A stretch of DNA of 64,000 bases from Vitrella brassicaformis CCMP3155 (Eukaryota > Protista > Chromerida): assembly GCA_001179505.1 (NCBI GenBank), contig CDMY01000666.1:62001-126000 (forward strand), read 5' to 3'. The stretch's first letter is position 1. Each line of letters opens with the position of its first letter. Made by a program: the position numbers and the translations under genes. The notes below the pieces were generated by a model, which was given only the letters and a program-made list of their open reading frames with translations, did no database searches and was not told the origin of the DNA. Below are positions 46,022-58,516 of the stretch, one piece after another.

Positions 46022-47960
46022 ATGGACTCGGCGGCCGTACGCACTCCAGCTGGCCAGCCGTCGCTCCAAGCAGTGCTGGAACGTGTGCTGGACGAGGCGA
46101 GCACCCTCCTCGATGCCATCCGCACACAGGAGGCCTACGACCGCGCCGTCCAGCAGCGAGGGCTGGAGTCCGTCGAGGCCGACATTGCCGCCGTCATTGC
46201 CCCTGTCGTGGCCGACATCCGCAACCTGATGGCCTCGGCCAGTGATCCGCAGCTTCGCATCGGTGCCATATGTGATCTCATCGGGCTGCTGTCCATCGAG
46301 CACATAGAGGGCATCGGGCAGAAGGCTGTGGACATCGGTGTGGTGCCGCTCTTGGTGGAGCAGCTGAGTGGGTGCGAAGATTTGCAGGCCGCAGCAGGAC
46401 AGGCCCTCAGCATGCTGGCGATTCAGAATGGCGATGCGGTGGCCAATGCGGATGCGGTCCCGCCCCTCGTGCAGCTCGTGTCGTCACACACCGACCGTGT
46501 GTGTGTGTGGGCCATCATGGCGCTGTGCCACGTCATGTCCGGATTGGCGGCCCGTCGCGATGTCGTGGTGGCGGCGGGCATCGTGGAGCCGTTGCTGAAG
46601 GTGATGCGTGAGACCAGCAACGTCGACGTGCTGAAGGGGAGTGCCCTCCTGCTGCGCAATCTGTGGATTGTCCCCGAGAATGCACCCCTCCCTGCCGCAG
46701 TGGCCGAGTTGGCGCCCTTTGTGCCCGTCGTGGTCGGTCTCATCGCCGCGCCTGAGCAGGACGACCATGTGCTGCGAGGTGCACGAGGAGCCCTGGCGCA
46801 CTTCGGGAGCTCGTTTGTTGGGAGAGACGGTCAGTATGCAAGAGTGCACGAGAGGTCGTCACGAGCTGCATGGCCCGTTTTCTCCTTCCTGCTCAGGTAC
46901 CGATGCCGATCGAGATGCTCTGATGGAGCATGGCGCCGTGCCGTCGATCAGGACACTGCTGGAGACTGGAGAGCTTGGTGCACATGAAGTCGCGGCTTCG
47001 ATCTTGAGATTCATGACTGCAGGTGAGACAAACCATCACACACACTCACTGACTTGACGTCACAGGGCCGTTATTGTGTGTGGAGTGATTGATTGGATGC
47101 AGGCACCACTTCTCACGTGCAGGCGTTGATCGATGGCGGGCTCGTGCCGCTGCTGGTCGACGTGGCGGCCAACGCGGAGAGCGATCCGGGCCTGAAGGAG
47201 TTAGCAGCAGGAAACATCGGCAGTATAGCCCGTGAAGGTTCACAGCAACAGGTGCGTAAACTGACCATTGAACAGCCCCACGCCCAGGTGTCTGTGCAGA
47301 TTGAGTATGTGGTTGAGTGTGGTGGAATCCAGCCCCTCTGCGACCTGCTCGATGGAGACGATAGCAATCGGGAGGTCACGATCTCCACGCTGGACAAGAT
47401 ATTGGGGTAACAGAAGACACACAATTGTGTCCACCAGCCAAATAACAAAAAGCCTTCATCTGGTGCGTCAGTGCGGGTGAACAGAAGCAGGCCAACGAGG
47501 GCCTCCCCGACAACCCCTACTCCACGATATTCGAGCAGGTGAGTGGGCAAGAGAGAGAGCATAACGGGGAAGGACCAATGTGCACACACCTATCTTTCCC
47601 TGACCACCGTGCAGGCCGGCGGCGTGGACAAGGTAGCGGCGCTGCAGACACACAATGACGTTGGGATCGCAATTCAGGTGGGTCACCTGCATCGCACGCG
47701 TAGCGAATACACACTGTCAGTTTCTTGTCTGTCCTCTGCTCATTCAGGCACTCGTGTTTCTCATCAGCCATTTCCCCACTCGCGTCGACGCACAGCGGTT
47801 GGAGGCTATCATTCAGGAGGGCGTCATTCAGGTGGTGCAGGCCGACGAGGTGGAGACAAATGTGGGGGCAGATGATGACATCGGCAGCGATGGCGAGGCG
47901 GATGGGGATGTGGACGGCCAGCTGGAGGGCGATGGTGGGGACGAGGGTGCGGAGGGGTAG
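46022..47960 (+). CDS. ARM1: importin-alpha-like armadillo-repeat protein lacking an IBB domain
   Basis: ARM helices ([37 protein letters not shown]). Importin-alpha C-terminal hallmarks [17 protein letters not shown] and GLPDNPYSTIFEQAGGVDKVAALQTHND. Acidic tail. Confidence 0.85.
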
Positions 47961-48563
47961 ACAGACAGACACATTTATATATGTCTGGGTGCGTGTACGC
48001 ATCTATGACGGTTCTCACGTCCAATGGCGAGGTCCCTGGTTGCGGCAATGGATTGATGTATATACGTATGGATGAATAGCTGTGCGCAGATGCGACTATG
48101 GCCAGAGGAAGAGACATACACATATAGACACATTCACATACACACACATATGTATGTAACGTTCACATTTGTACAGATCAGACGGCCGTGAACTTGAATT
48201 TAAGAGGACGGTGCAGTCGGATTCAAGTATGTCATGTATTCATTGCTTCCGTCGATACTTGGCCTGCCGACGTTTCTAATCTATTATTATTGCATAGACA
48301 AATATTGATGAATTAATAGTACAACGAAAGACCGTTCCCCACGAAAAACTGAAAAACTGCCAAAGTACCTGCGTGGCATATCGCCCGCCTCTTCCTGCCA
48401 GGAGCAGCAGCCCTTCCTTGCGGCAGCTGCAAGGGAGGGCATCTGGGAGCAGTCCGCGTGTGACAAGGTGAGAAGACTGCCGGAGAGCGTCAGAGCATTC
48501 TGCCCTATGTGTTGTCCTTCGCCAATGTGGGCGGGTGTTTGTTGTTCTTCGCAGTGTGACGAG

Positions 48564-50474
48564 ATGGCGTCGGCGGGCGGCACCCCAGCTGACCATTCCT
48601 CACCCCAAGCAGTGCTGTCCAAGGCGGGTCAGCTGTTCCATGCCATCGGCACGCAAGAGGCATATGACGAGACAGTGCGGCAGCAAGGGCTTGAGGCCGT
48701 CGAGGCCGACATTGCCGCCGTCGTAGCCGACGTCCGCAACCTGATGGCCTCGTCGATGTCCGGTGATCAACATCGGCTCCGCGCGATATATGAGCTGATG
48801 CGGCTGCTGACCATCGTGCGCTTTTCGGCATCGTGAAGCAGAAGGCTGTGGACATCGGTGTGGTGCCTGTGCTGGTCGAGCAGCTGAGCGGGTGCGAAGA
48901 CTTGCAGGCCGCAGCCGCACAGGTCCTCGGCGTGCTGGCATGGAATCATGCCACGGCGGTGGTCAATGCGGATGCGATCCCGCCCCTCGTGCAGCTCGTG
49001 TCATCACCTGACGACCATGCTCGTGCAGCGGCCATCGGGGCGCTGATCAACATCGCCTACAGATCGGCCACCCGTCGTGATGGCGTGCTGGCGGCCGGCA
49101 TCTTGCAGCCGCTGCTGAAGGCGATGTGCGAGAGCACCTGCACCAAGGTGCTGGCATCGGGTTGCCGGCTGCTGTGCAACGTGTGGGGTTTCTCCGAGAA
49201 TTCCCCCCCTCCTGTTGCACTGGGAGAGTGTGGCCGTTTCCTGCCCGTGCTTGTCGGCCTCATCGGAGGGCGTGCTCAGGCCCACCGTGTGCGGCACTTC
49301 GCACGAGGGGCGTTGGTGGGATTCGCGAGTCTGTGCACCCAGGACAATGGTGAGCATTAATCAATGGCTGAAAGATCGTCCAGAGGTGATGGTCCGCTTT
49401 GTCTTCCCTGCCCATGGGCTCAGGCACCGATGCTGACCGTGACGCGCTGCTGGAGTGTGGCGCCTTGGCGTCGATCAAGATGCTGCTCGAGACAGCCGAC
49501 TCAGAGTTGAATGGTGTCGCGTGTCTGACGCTTCACATCATGACGGAAGGTGAAACCAAGAATGTCACCTGAAGGGTGCTGTGCTGTTTGGCGTGGGTGA
49601 CTTGGATGCAGGCAGCACCGCTCACAAGCAGGCGGTCATCGATGGCGAGCTGGTGCCTCTGCTGATCGAGCTGGCGGGCAGTGAGGAGAGCGATGCCGAC
49701 ATGAAGGTGATGGCAGCAGCGCCCATCGGAAGACTAGCCCATGAAGCTTCACAGCAACAGGTACAGAGACTGGCCGCTGAACACTGCACCTCGTGGTTTA
49801 AAGGGTGTATCCATTTGTCCAATTTTGCAGATTGAGTATGTGGCTGAGCGTGGCGGCATGCAAACACTATCGGACCTGCTCGACTCCGTTTACGACCATC
49901 GAGAGGCCGCGATCGAAGTGCTCAACAAGATATGAACGAACATCAGCCAAATGAACGAACACACAAAGGGTTCGCCTGCTGTTTCTGGCATTTGTGTAGT
50001 GCGGGTGAACAGAAGCAGGCCAACGAGGCCTGCCCGACAACCCTTACTGCACACTTGTGGAGCAGGTGATATAGAGAGAAGACACGGGACACCGCACCCG
50101 ACACTCATGGCTGCTGTGCGCACCCTGCAGGCCGGCGGTGTGGACAAGATAGCCGAGATACAGACACACAATGACCTGAGAGTCGCAGCACATGTAAGTG
50201 ACCATTCAGCATCGACGAGGGACACTGTCAGTGTGTTGTCTGCTGTTCATTCATTCAGGTTGCGCGGTTTCTGTTGCTCCATTTCCGGGCCCGCCTAGAC
50301 GAGGAGCGTCTGCACTCCCTCTATCAGCAGTCCCTGTTGCACGCCGCCGAGGTGGAGACAAACGTGGGGGCGGATGATGATACCGATAGCGATAGCGATG
50401 GGGAGTGCGATGGGGAGGCGGATGGCCACCTGCAGGGCGAGAGTGGGGAGGAGCGCTCTTCTGCAGAGACATGA
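48564..50474 (+). pseudogene. ARM2: importin-alpha-like ARM pseudogene
   Basis: Paralogous exons, with a 1-nt frameshift at the T4 run 48822-48825 (TGA at 48834-48836). A premature TGA at 49933-49935 lies where paralogues have a splice donor. Confidence 0.75.
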
Positions 50475-51199
50475 TGTCGTTCCGTGTCTAATTAATTAGA
50501 CACCTTTATCCGTGCGCATGATTTTTGCATCTATGGCGGTTGATGACGGCTTCAGGTCTCACAGGCGAGGTGGCCTGCCTGCTGCAAGAACTTAAGGGCG
50601 TGGTGTGTACTGATTGAGCGATGGATGTTAGGCCTGTCTGTGCTCGTGCGGGAGAATTTTGCCAGTACTTGCAGTGGAAAACGATTGGGGCCCCTTCCTT
50701 GTATGTCTGTCTATCGACACATACACCCCAGACGTCCACCACACTGAGTCTCCCTCACGGCCCGCCCTTCTACAAACACAGCCACAGATCCACCACGCGA
50801 CCACGCCCGCCCACACTATGAGCAAACAAGACGAAAGCAGAACACACACTGGACATACACATTGAGCAAACAAGGGCAAAATACGTCCGTGACAGAACAA
50901 CACATTCCCACAGACCCCAAACTATTTGGAGCAAAGTCGAGTCACGAGCAGTATAGATACACATGAAGAACAGCTATCACCCCGCCCTCCCTGTTGAGTC
51001 TGGCCACTCGGTTGGCGTTGGCCAAAATGCAGCCGTTGAAATCTGTACACCGTGCATGCGGCCGTTGAAGGCACAGCGTACAAAAGAGCAGATCGACGCC
51101 TCGCCTTCCAGCTGCTCCCTGCCTACCCTTTTCCAAAACAGGCCAGCAGCTCTCCTCTCTCACTCCACACATATACCTCATCTCCAGTACAAAGACGCC

Positions 51200-51783
51200 A
51201 TGGCTGCCACCCTCTTCCTTCTCGTCGCCTCCGCCCTCCTCCTCGCGCCGCCCTCTGCAGCCCTCCCGGATGTCACGGCCGCCCCGGATGTCGCCGATTC
51301 TTCGTCACCGGACCTTTTCGGGGCCCTGGGCGAGCAAGTTGAGACATTCCTGAACCGGATGGAGGAGAAGATCGGTACGGCAGAGACACACACCCAGAAC
51401 AATAGATGCAGCGGCACCCTTTCTCTCTGTGTGTGTGTGCTTGTGTGCCGTCTTGTGTTGTGTCTGTGTGTGCAGGAAGTATTTCTCCTCTGGTTATTGA
51501 TGACGGCAAGAAGCCCCGCGAGAAGATCATGGCGGCTCTGGAGCACATCGAAGCCGTCAGGGCCAAAGCCAATGCCACCTCAGCACCGAACGAGGCAGAC
51601 AGGCCCCGCAAGCCAATGGCAGAAGGTGAGCTGACGGACATCGTCAACCTGGTCGAGGAGCTGATTGCCGAGATCGAACGCTTTCTGAAGGACGCTGAGG
51701 GCGACATCAGCAGCGTCTTGTTCAGTCTGCTCGGGTCTTTGGAGCACTTCCTGAACAACCTGCTGGCCCTACTCCCGCTCTGA
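51200..51783 (+). CDS. Small secreted, predicted alpha-helical protein of unknown function (2 exons)
   Basis: Signal peptide MAATLFLLVASALLLAPPSAA; amphipathic helices (LGEQVETFLNRMEEKI; IVNLVEELIAEIERFLKD; LLGSLEHFLNNLLALLPL*). Confidence 0.75.
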
Positions 51784-52528
51784 AGCCGCTGAAGCCGTCC
51801 TGTGTGTGTGAGCGGGGGGATGGGGGTAGGGAAAAGGGGGGGCGGGTCAAAGGTTCGTATCTGTGTGTGGATGTCATAATATCGTTTTAGCAGCGGTGCG
51901 ATGGCGTCCAAATGGAGCGTCCCATCGGTGTATTCTGTGCTGCCGTCTGTCTGTCTGTCTGTGCATTGATGCTGACTATGAGTGTTAATCAGGTCAGATG
52001 CGTGTTTGTGAAAGTGTGGGAGGTTCTGTGTGGCTCCCTCTCTATGGCCGCTGGCATTTGCTTATACTATCGATATCATACCGTCTTTTTCTCTCCCGTT
52101 CAGACCCTCGGACAGAGCTACCCTGCTGCAGTAGAATAGATGGGGGGGTAGGAGGCTTATCCGTGATCGGGTGATTCAATCGACCTTTTGGACAGACACA
52201 CACACTTGAAGCTTACGTGTCTTCATAGACATCCATTCACACGAAGTGGCACGTCCACAAATGCACTCACGCAAGATGCACATGGAGAAACAAACACCGC
52301 ACACCCCACACACGCAAGACGTCCATCGCACGCTTCTCGCGGCCCGCCCGCCCGCCCACACTATGGGAGGGAGCAACAAGACGAAAACAGACCACATACC
52401 GAACACATACAGCAAAAAAGGTATGATAAATTACAGAACAAGACGTCCCCAGACTTTTACCTATTCACATCAGACACATCCGTAGAACAGAGATCCCACC
52501 CCTGACTCCCTGTCTGTCGGTCACTCGG

Positions 52529-53582
52529 CTAGTGGTAGCTGTTGGCCCCCCTTAAGTTGCTGCTACTGCTGCCGTGGCCATAGTGCTCGACGCAGCAAAT
52601 GGGCTGTGAGCCGACATACGTCAGCTTGCCCTTGAGGCAGTTGTAGGTCACGGCAGCATAGTGGTAGCTGACGCACTTGGTGTCCTCCTTTGTCAGCTCA
52701 TATAGTAGCCGGACGGGCACTTGTAGAGCTGGTCATAGTGGGTCTCGGCGTAGCACTTGGTGCCGTCCTTGGTCAGCTGATAGCTGTGGGGACACTCATA
52801 GTGGATGTCGTGGTGCTTCTTGAAGACACACTTGTGGCCAGAGATGGCCGTGTGTGCGGTAGGGTGTCTTGTGCCCATATGTGGTCCACTTGCAGCCCTT
52901 GTGGGTCAACACAGAATGCTGAATGGACACGTAGACAGACACAGACGCACATATATGAGTGCATCACTCTTGGGCGCGTGATGTGTTCACTCGACGTCGG
53001 CGTAGATGTGTTTGATGAATTTCTTCTTGTCCTCGGTCAGCTCATAGCCGTAAGGGCACCTGTAGACTTTGGCAGTGTACTTGTCGGCGTAGCACTTGTT
53101 CTTATCGGCAGTGAACGAGTAGCCGTCTGAGCACTTGTAGCCGACATCATGGTACCGGTGGTCGATGCACTTGTGGGCGGCATCGTCCAGCTGTGCCGTA
53201 CTTGCAGTGGGGCGTCTTGGGCGCAGTCGTACTTGACACACGAGCAGTCATGGGCCTCCTTGGTGCCCTGCACCACACACAACACACGGACATACATCAG
53301 CAGCACGATCATTCTGTGTGTGTGCGTCGACTCGCTCACCTTTGGGCAGTAGTAGATCAGTTCACCGTACTCGTGTTTGATGCACTTGTGGCTGTCGTCA
53401 TCGAATGTGTAGCCGTGGGGGCACTCATAGTGCACTGGCTCCTTCTTGTGACACACACCATGGTCAGGCTGATAGCCAATGCCATGGCCGTAGAGATGAG
53501 AGCTGGTCCGCTGGGAGGCCGCCAAGGGCATCAGCAGGGCCGCCACACACAGCACCAGACGACAGGCGGCAAGTCGGGCCAT
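52529..53582 (-). pseudogene. Oocyst/cyst-wall-protein-like Cys/His/Tyr-rich repeat gene with several frameshifts
   Basis: Signal peptide MARLAACRLVLCVAALLMPLAAS; repeats C-x2-GY-x-(L/F)-x5-KC (CPHGYTFDDDSHKC, CSDGYSFTADKNKC, CPHSYQLTKDGTKC). The frame breaks near 53220, 53195 and 52703. Confidence 0.75.
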
Positions 53583-53956
53583 TGGAATGGATTGGTCGGT
53601 TGCAGCCATCACACGAGGTCTGCTGGAGCTGCTACTGTCCTCAAAAGGGCTGCAGAAGCCCAAAACAGAGACAAAGATCTCTCTGGATCGATCCGAGGAA
53701 GAGAGGGAGGCTCTGCGGAATTTCCAGCGCCATTGGAGGGCACACCATGGTAAGGGAAGCCATCTTATGGCACAGATCTGCCTTATTTCCTCTCGTCATC
53801 CATCGCTTCTCTCAGACACTCGTCGTGAGATGGGCAAGTGGCGTAGCATTCAGCACCATAACGGAGGGCCGCTGAGCACCTCACCAGGTGACAAGGACGG
53901 CAGCGAGCAGCCATGAAGCGAGCCATGAGTGTGTGAGTCGTTCTTCGCAGGTGGCA

Positions 53957-55020
53957 ATGGAGTCGGCGGCCAATAGCGCCACAGAGGATGGCCATCCCTC
54001 GCCCCAAGCAGTGCTGGACAAGGCGAGCAGCCTGTACAAGGCCATCCGCACCAAAAAGAACTACGACCAGACGGTGGAGCAGCGAGGATCGGAGGCCGTC
54101 GAGGCCGAGATCACCGGTGTCATGGCCGACATCCGCCATCTCATAGCCTCGGCCAGTGATCCGCTGCTTCGCATGGGTGCCATTTATGAGCTCGTCGGGC
54201 TGCTGTCCATCGAACACATAGAGGGCATAGGGCAGAAGGCTGTGGACGTCGGTCTGCTGCCTGTGTTGATCGGACAGCTGGGCGGGCCCGAGGTGCAGAC
54301 CGGAGCCGCACGGGTCATCTGCTTGCTGGCGGTGGATCACGCTGAGGCGGTGGTCAATGCGGGTGCCGTCCCGCCCCTGGTGCAGCTCGTGTCGTCACAC
54401 ACCGGCGATGTGCGCCTGGGGGCCATTGACGTGCTGCGCAACATCACGGCCGGATCGGCCACCCGTCGCGACGCTGTGCTGGCTGCGGGCATCCTGGAGC
54501 CGCTGCTGAGAGTGATGCAGGAGAGTAGCGACAACAGCGACGTGCCGGCGTGGAGTGCCCGCCTGCTGTGCAATTTGTGGAGTGTCCCTGAAAGCGACTT
54601 GGAGAACCAGCCCGTCCCTGTCACATTCCCAGTGGTTCCACTGGCCGAGTGTGTGCCCTTCGTGCCGGTCCTGGCCGGTCTTATCGCCGCGCCGCAGCAG
54701 GACAACCACGTGATGCGATCCGCCCGACGAGCCTTGGCGCATTTCGCCGTGCTGTCGTACAAGAAAGGTCAGTCACTATGTGTGTAAGGGGTAGATGATG
54801 TTTGCCTGCCCCACAGAGTGCACGAAACATCATCACTGGCTGCACGGCTCACTGTGTCCTGCCTGCCCATGTGCTCAGGTACCGATGCTGACCGTGACGC
54901 GTTGGTCGAGTGTGGCGCCGTGGCGTCGATCAAGACGCTGCTGGAGATGGCCGAGCCAAAGATCAAAGCCGTCGCATGCCTGGTGGTGTACTTCGTGGCT
55001 GAAGGTGAAGCACACACACA

Positions 55021-55056
<36 letters not shown>

Positions 55057-56014
55057 CCTGTGCACACTCACCAGACGCACGTACACACACAAGACGTGCT
55101 GTTTGGTGTGGATTGATTTGGTGCAGGCACCACTGCTCACAAGCAGGCCGTCATCGATGGCGGGCTGGTGCCGCTGCTGATCGGCTCGGCGTCCGGCGGG
55201 GACACCGGTGCCATCCTGAAGATGGTGGCAGCAAGGGTCATCGGAAGACTTTTACTCGGATCGCAGCAACAGGTGCGCATGTCGAGCAGCCGCCTTAAAG
55301 CAGTGTCTTCATTTGTTCATTCCTCGCTTAATTATGCAGATTGAGTATGTGGTTGAGTGTGGCGGCATCCAGCCCATATGTGTCCTCCTCGATGACGTCG
55401 GGGAAGTGATAGGGGACACCATCTCCGTGCTGGACAACATACTAAGGTAGGTCCAATGCCCACCTGCTTGTGTGTTGCTCATGTCTGCTGCCTGCGTGTG
55501 TTGTGTGTGTGCGTGCAGCGCGGGTCGACAGAAGCAGGGCGATGAGGGTCTCCCCGACAACCCCTACTGCACGCTATTAGAGCAGGTAGGTGATCGAGAG
55601 AGAGAGAGCATCATGCACACGGCTATCCTTCTCTGACCTTCCTGCAGGCCGGCGGTGTGGACAAGCTAGCCGACCTCCAGACGCACACTGACATCCTCAT
55701 CGCAGCCCGGGTGGGCTGCCTGCAAGTCCCTCATGTCGACAAGCGGCGCATACACACACTGCCAGTCTGTTGTCTGTTTCCTATCCATTCAGGCGATCGC
55801 CATTCTCGCCAACCATTTCCGGCCTCGTGTGGACGAGCAGCGGCTGAATGGATTGATTCAAGCGGGTGTGATTCAGGCAGAGAGCGATGATGACGATGAC
55901 GATGACGATGACGGGGATGGCGAGAGCGATGGTGCCGGCGATTTGGACACCGACAGCGGTAGCGATGGCCACGACAGCGATAGTGATGGGGAGGGCGAGG
56001 GCGAAGAGGCGTAG
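53957..56014 (+). CDS. ARM3: importin-alpha-like armadillo-repeat protein lacking an IBB domain
   Basis: Same exon structure as ARM1; [61 protein letters not shown]; D/S-rich tail. Confidence 0.85.
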
Positions 56015-56549
56015 ATGGATGGATGGATGGCTGGATGGATGGATGGATGGACAGATGGATGGGCAGAAGACAGACAGATCAATCCACGATGCATGGTCGA
56101 TCTGCGTATGCCCTGTGTGTGGGTGAGTGGGTGGGTGGGTACGTAAGTAGCCAAGGGGGGACGGGGGGGCTCGCTCTTGGGTGTACAGACTGACAGACAG
56201 AGGAGCGACTAGCGTCAGATCTATATATCCATCTCATTTCGTGCCGTCCGCCACTCACAAACTTGGGTGTCACTTATGCGAATCTTTGCGTCTCCTTCAG
56301 CTGATTGATGAGTTCGTTTCTGTCCGTCACGGCACACACACATCATGATGCAGGTACACCGACTCACTCCATCCACGCAAAACGAGAGAGAGAGAGCTGC
56401 ACAAGTACATAATGAATGACGAGTCACCCAGGTCAAACCACAGAAAGGACGACACGCACAATCGATATATATCGACAAGTATAGAGGGAGGGAGGCAGGG
56501 AGGCAGTGAGGGGAAAGGATCGTCGCTCACTATCCCCATCCTACGGGTC

Positions 56550-57979
56550 TTATACATGTCCGTCGAACACGAATGGCGCCACTCGCCCCAGCGCCACACG
56601 AGCCAGCCGAGTGGTCTTGGGGAAGCGGTCCTTGAAGGCACCGCTCTCACCCACAGGTGCCTCAGTCGTCACGACACGAACCACTGCAGACATTCAGAAC
56701 GAAAACTCTCATGACATTTGACCAGCAGATGTGCCCATCTGTCGGGCTGACCATCGATGTTGTCCCAGCTAGTAATGACAACCCATGCGACGAAGTTGTG
56801 GCTGCTATCGGTCAGCACCAGCCATCGCTCACGGCGGTCCCACTGGCCAATGGAGCTCACTGCCACTGTCGCTGTCGCTGTCGTGGTGCATCCCTCCACC
56901 GGTGCGTGAGGCGGCTGGGTCAGCAGGTCACGCAGACGGCCGCCACCAACAGAGCTGAAGAATATGACCATCACACACACACAAGCAAACGCACACCCCT
57001 TGGTGTTGCCTGTCATGAAGCCATTGGTCTGTCTTCACCTGTCGAGGGTCGATGTGTCATCGGTCAGGTGAGTGTGGTAGAAATGGTCGAGGATCATGCG
57101 TCGCGCGAATGACGACACCGATGCGTCGCTAGGCCGGCTGGTATCCACGTCCCATTCGCCGGTATCCACGCGCCCGTCCCATATATCGAAGCGTGGGAGG
57201 TACTTGATGTGGCTGCGGACGGGCGGGTCATGCTGTAGTCGGTGCTGCTGATACAGATGGCCGGCGGGGAGGGGCGGGTTGATCGTCAGCCGGAAGGCGG
57301 GCCGGTCGTTGATGGCCCTGATCTGGTTGCCGTGGCGGAAGAGCTGCAGCCGGCTGCCGTCACCGAACTGCACGTGGCGGCCGACCATCACCAGCTGGGC
57401 TAACACACGGGGGAACGATGCATACGTCTACATGGGTGCATCCAAGACACACAGACACACGAATGAGGACCTGTCTGGTGTGTTGCGCCCCTGCGTGTAT
57501 CTTACGGTCTTGTTGGCATGTTTGTTGATGTCGTCGGCCGTGACGATGACCGGCAGCCTGCAGTAGCGGCACTGCTCGGCCAGCTGCAGTGTCTCTTCCG
57601 TCTCATCCCACCGCCCCCCCTCCTCGGCTATCCACACGGCCGCCATGAGGGCACCCACACGCAGCGATGGGTCGAACTGCACCAGCTGAGTGTCGATGCC
57701 GTCAGGGCCCATCGAGTGGTCGAGTCGGGTGCGCAGCTGCCCAGATGAGAAGGCGTCTCTGAAGCACCGGGCTGAGGCTCTCAGCTGCAGCGTCGTGTCC
57801 ATGTCGGGGATGCAGCACCGATCGTCGATGAAGAGATGGGCGAGGGGGTGCTGCTGCTCGTCAGATGAGGGCCGCCCGCAACACCAGCGCCACACTCGAC
57901 AGCAGAAGCGCCACATCCACAGCAACACCAGCCACCACACAGACACCTGCACCACACATGGAACCGTCGCAGCACCCAT
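56550..57979 (-). CDS. Lineage-specific expanded-family protein with W/C-rich N-terminus and F-box-like segment
   Basis: WWLVLLWMWRFCCRVWRWCC..HPLAHLFIDDRCCIPDMDTTLQLRASARCF; RVLAQLVMVGRHV; YQQHRLQHDPPVRSHI; ASVSSFARRMILDHF; LVLTDSSHNFVAW; TTEAPVGESGAFKDRFPKTTRLARVALG..HV* (TAA 56550-56552). Family identity recalled from chromerid proteomes, not searched. Confidence 0.7.
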
Positions 57980-58029
57980 TGCTCAGGTCAGTTATGTCGC
58001 ACCAGGCACCCACCTGCTGGTGCTGTGGG

Positions 58030-58485
58030 TGGCTGTCTGTCGATGCGACACCGTGACGGTCGGACGACGCGAACATCTCGTCTACTGCATCCGTCACGAC
58101 CTGCACACACCACACAAACGACAGACAATGACATCAACACGGTGCTGTGTTGGCGATTCTACTGGTCTTCTGACACGCTCACCCCTTTGGTGGTCTGTGT
58201 GTCGCCCCACAGCAGCCGCAGCATCCTCAGCGTCGCTATGCCAGACTCCAACGCCGACTCGCTAACAGAAATCTCACTCGCAAGGGCCGCACTCTGACAA
58301 TGAACAATGGGACACACAAACCCACACAGGCCATAGATAGGCAGTGACACGTGTCGCTTTGGCTCACCCAAATGCCGCCGGCTATCTGCTTCTGGTTGGT
58401 CTTGCGCGTGATGTAGACGGCCGTGGCGGCCAGCAGACGGACATCGCACCCGGCCAAATCGATGTCACACATCGACAAGAACTGC

Positions 58486-58516
<31 letters not shown>

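Noticed and set aside
50963-51199. N-terminal extension of the secreted protein in the ORF track
   Set aside because: The signal peptide begins at the ATG at 51200; the upstream part has no coding character.
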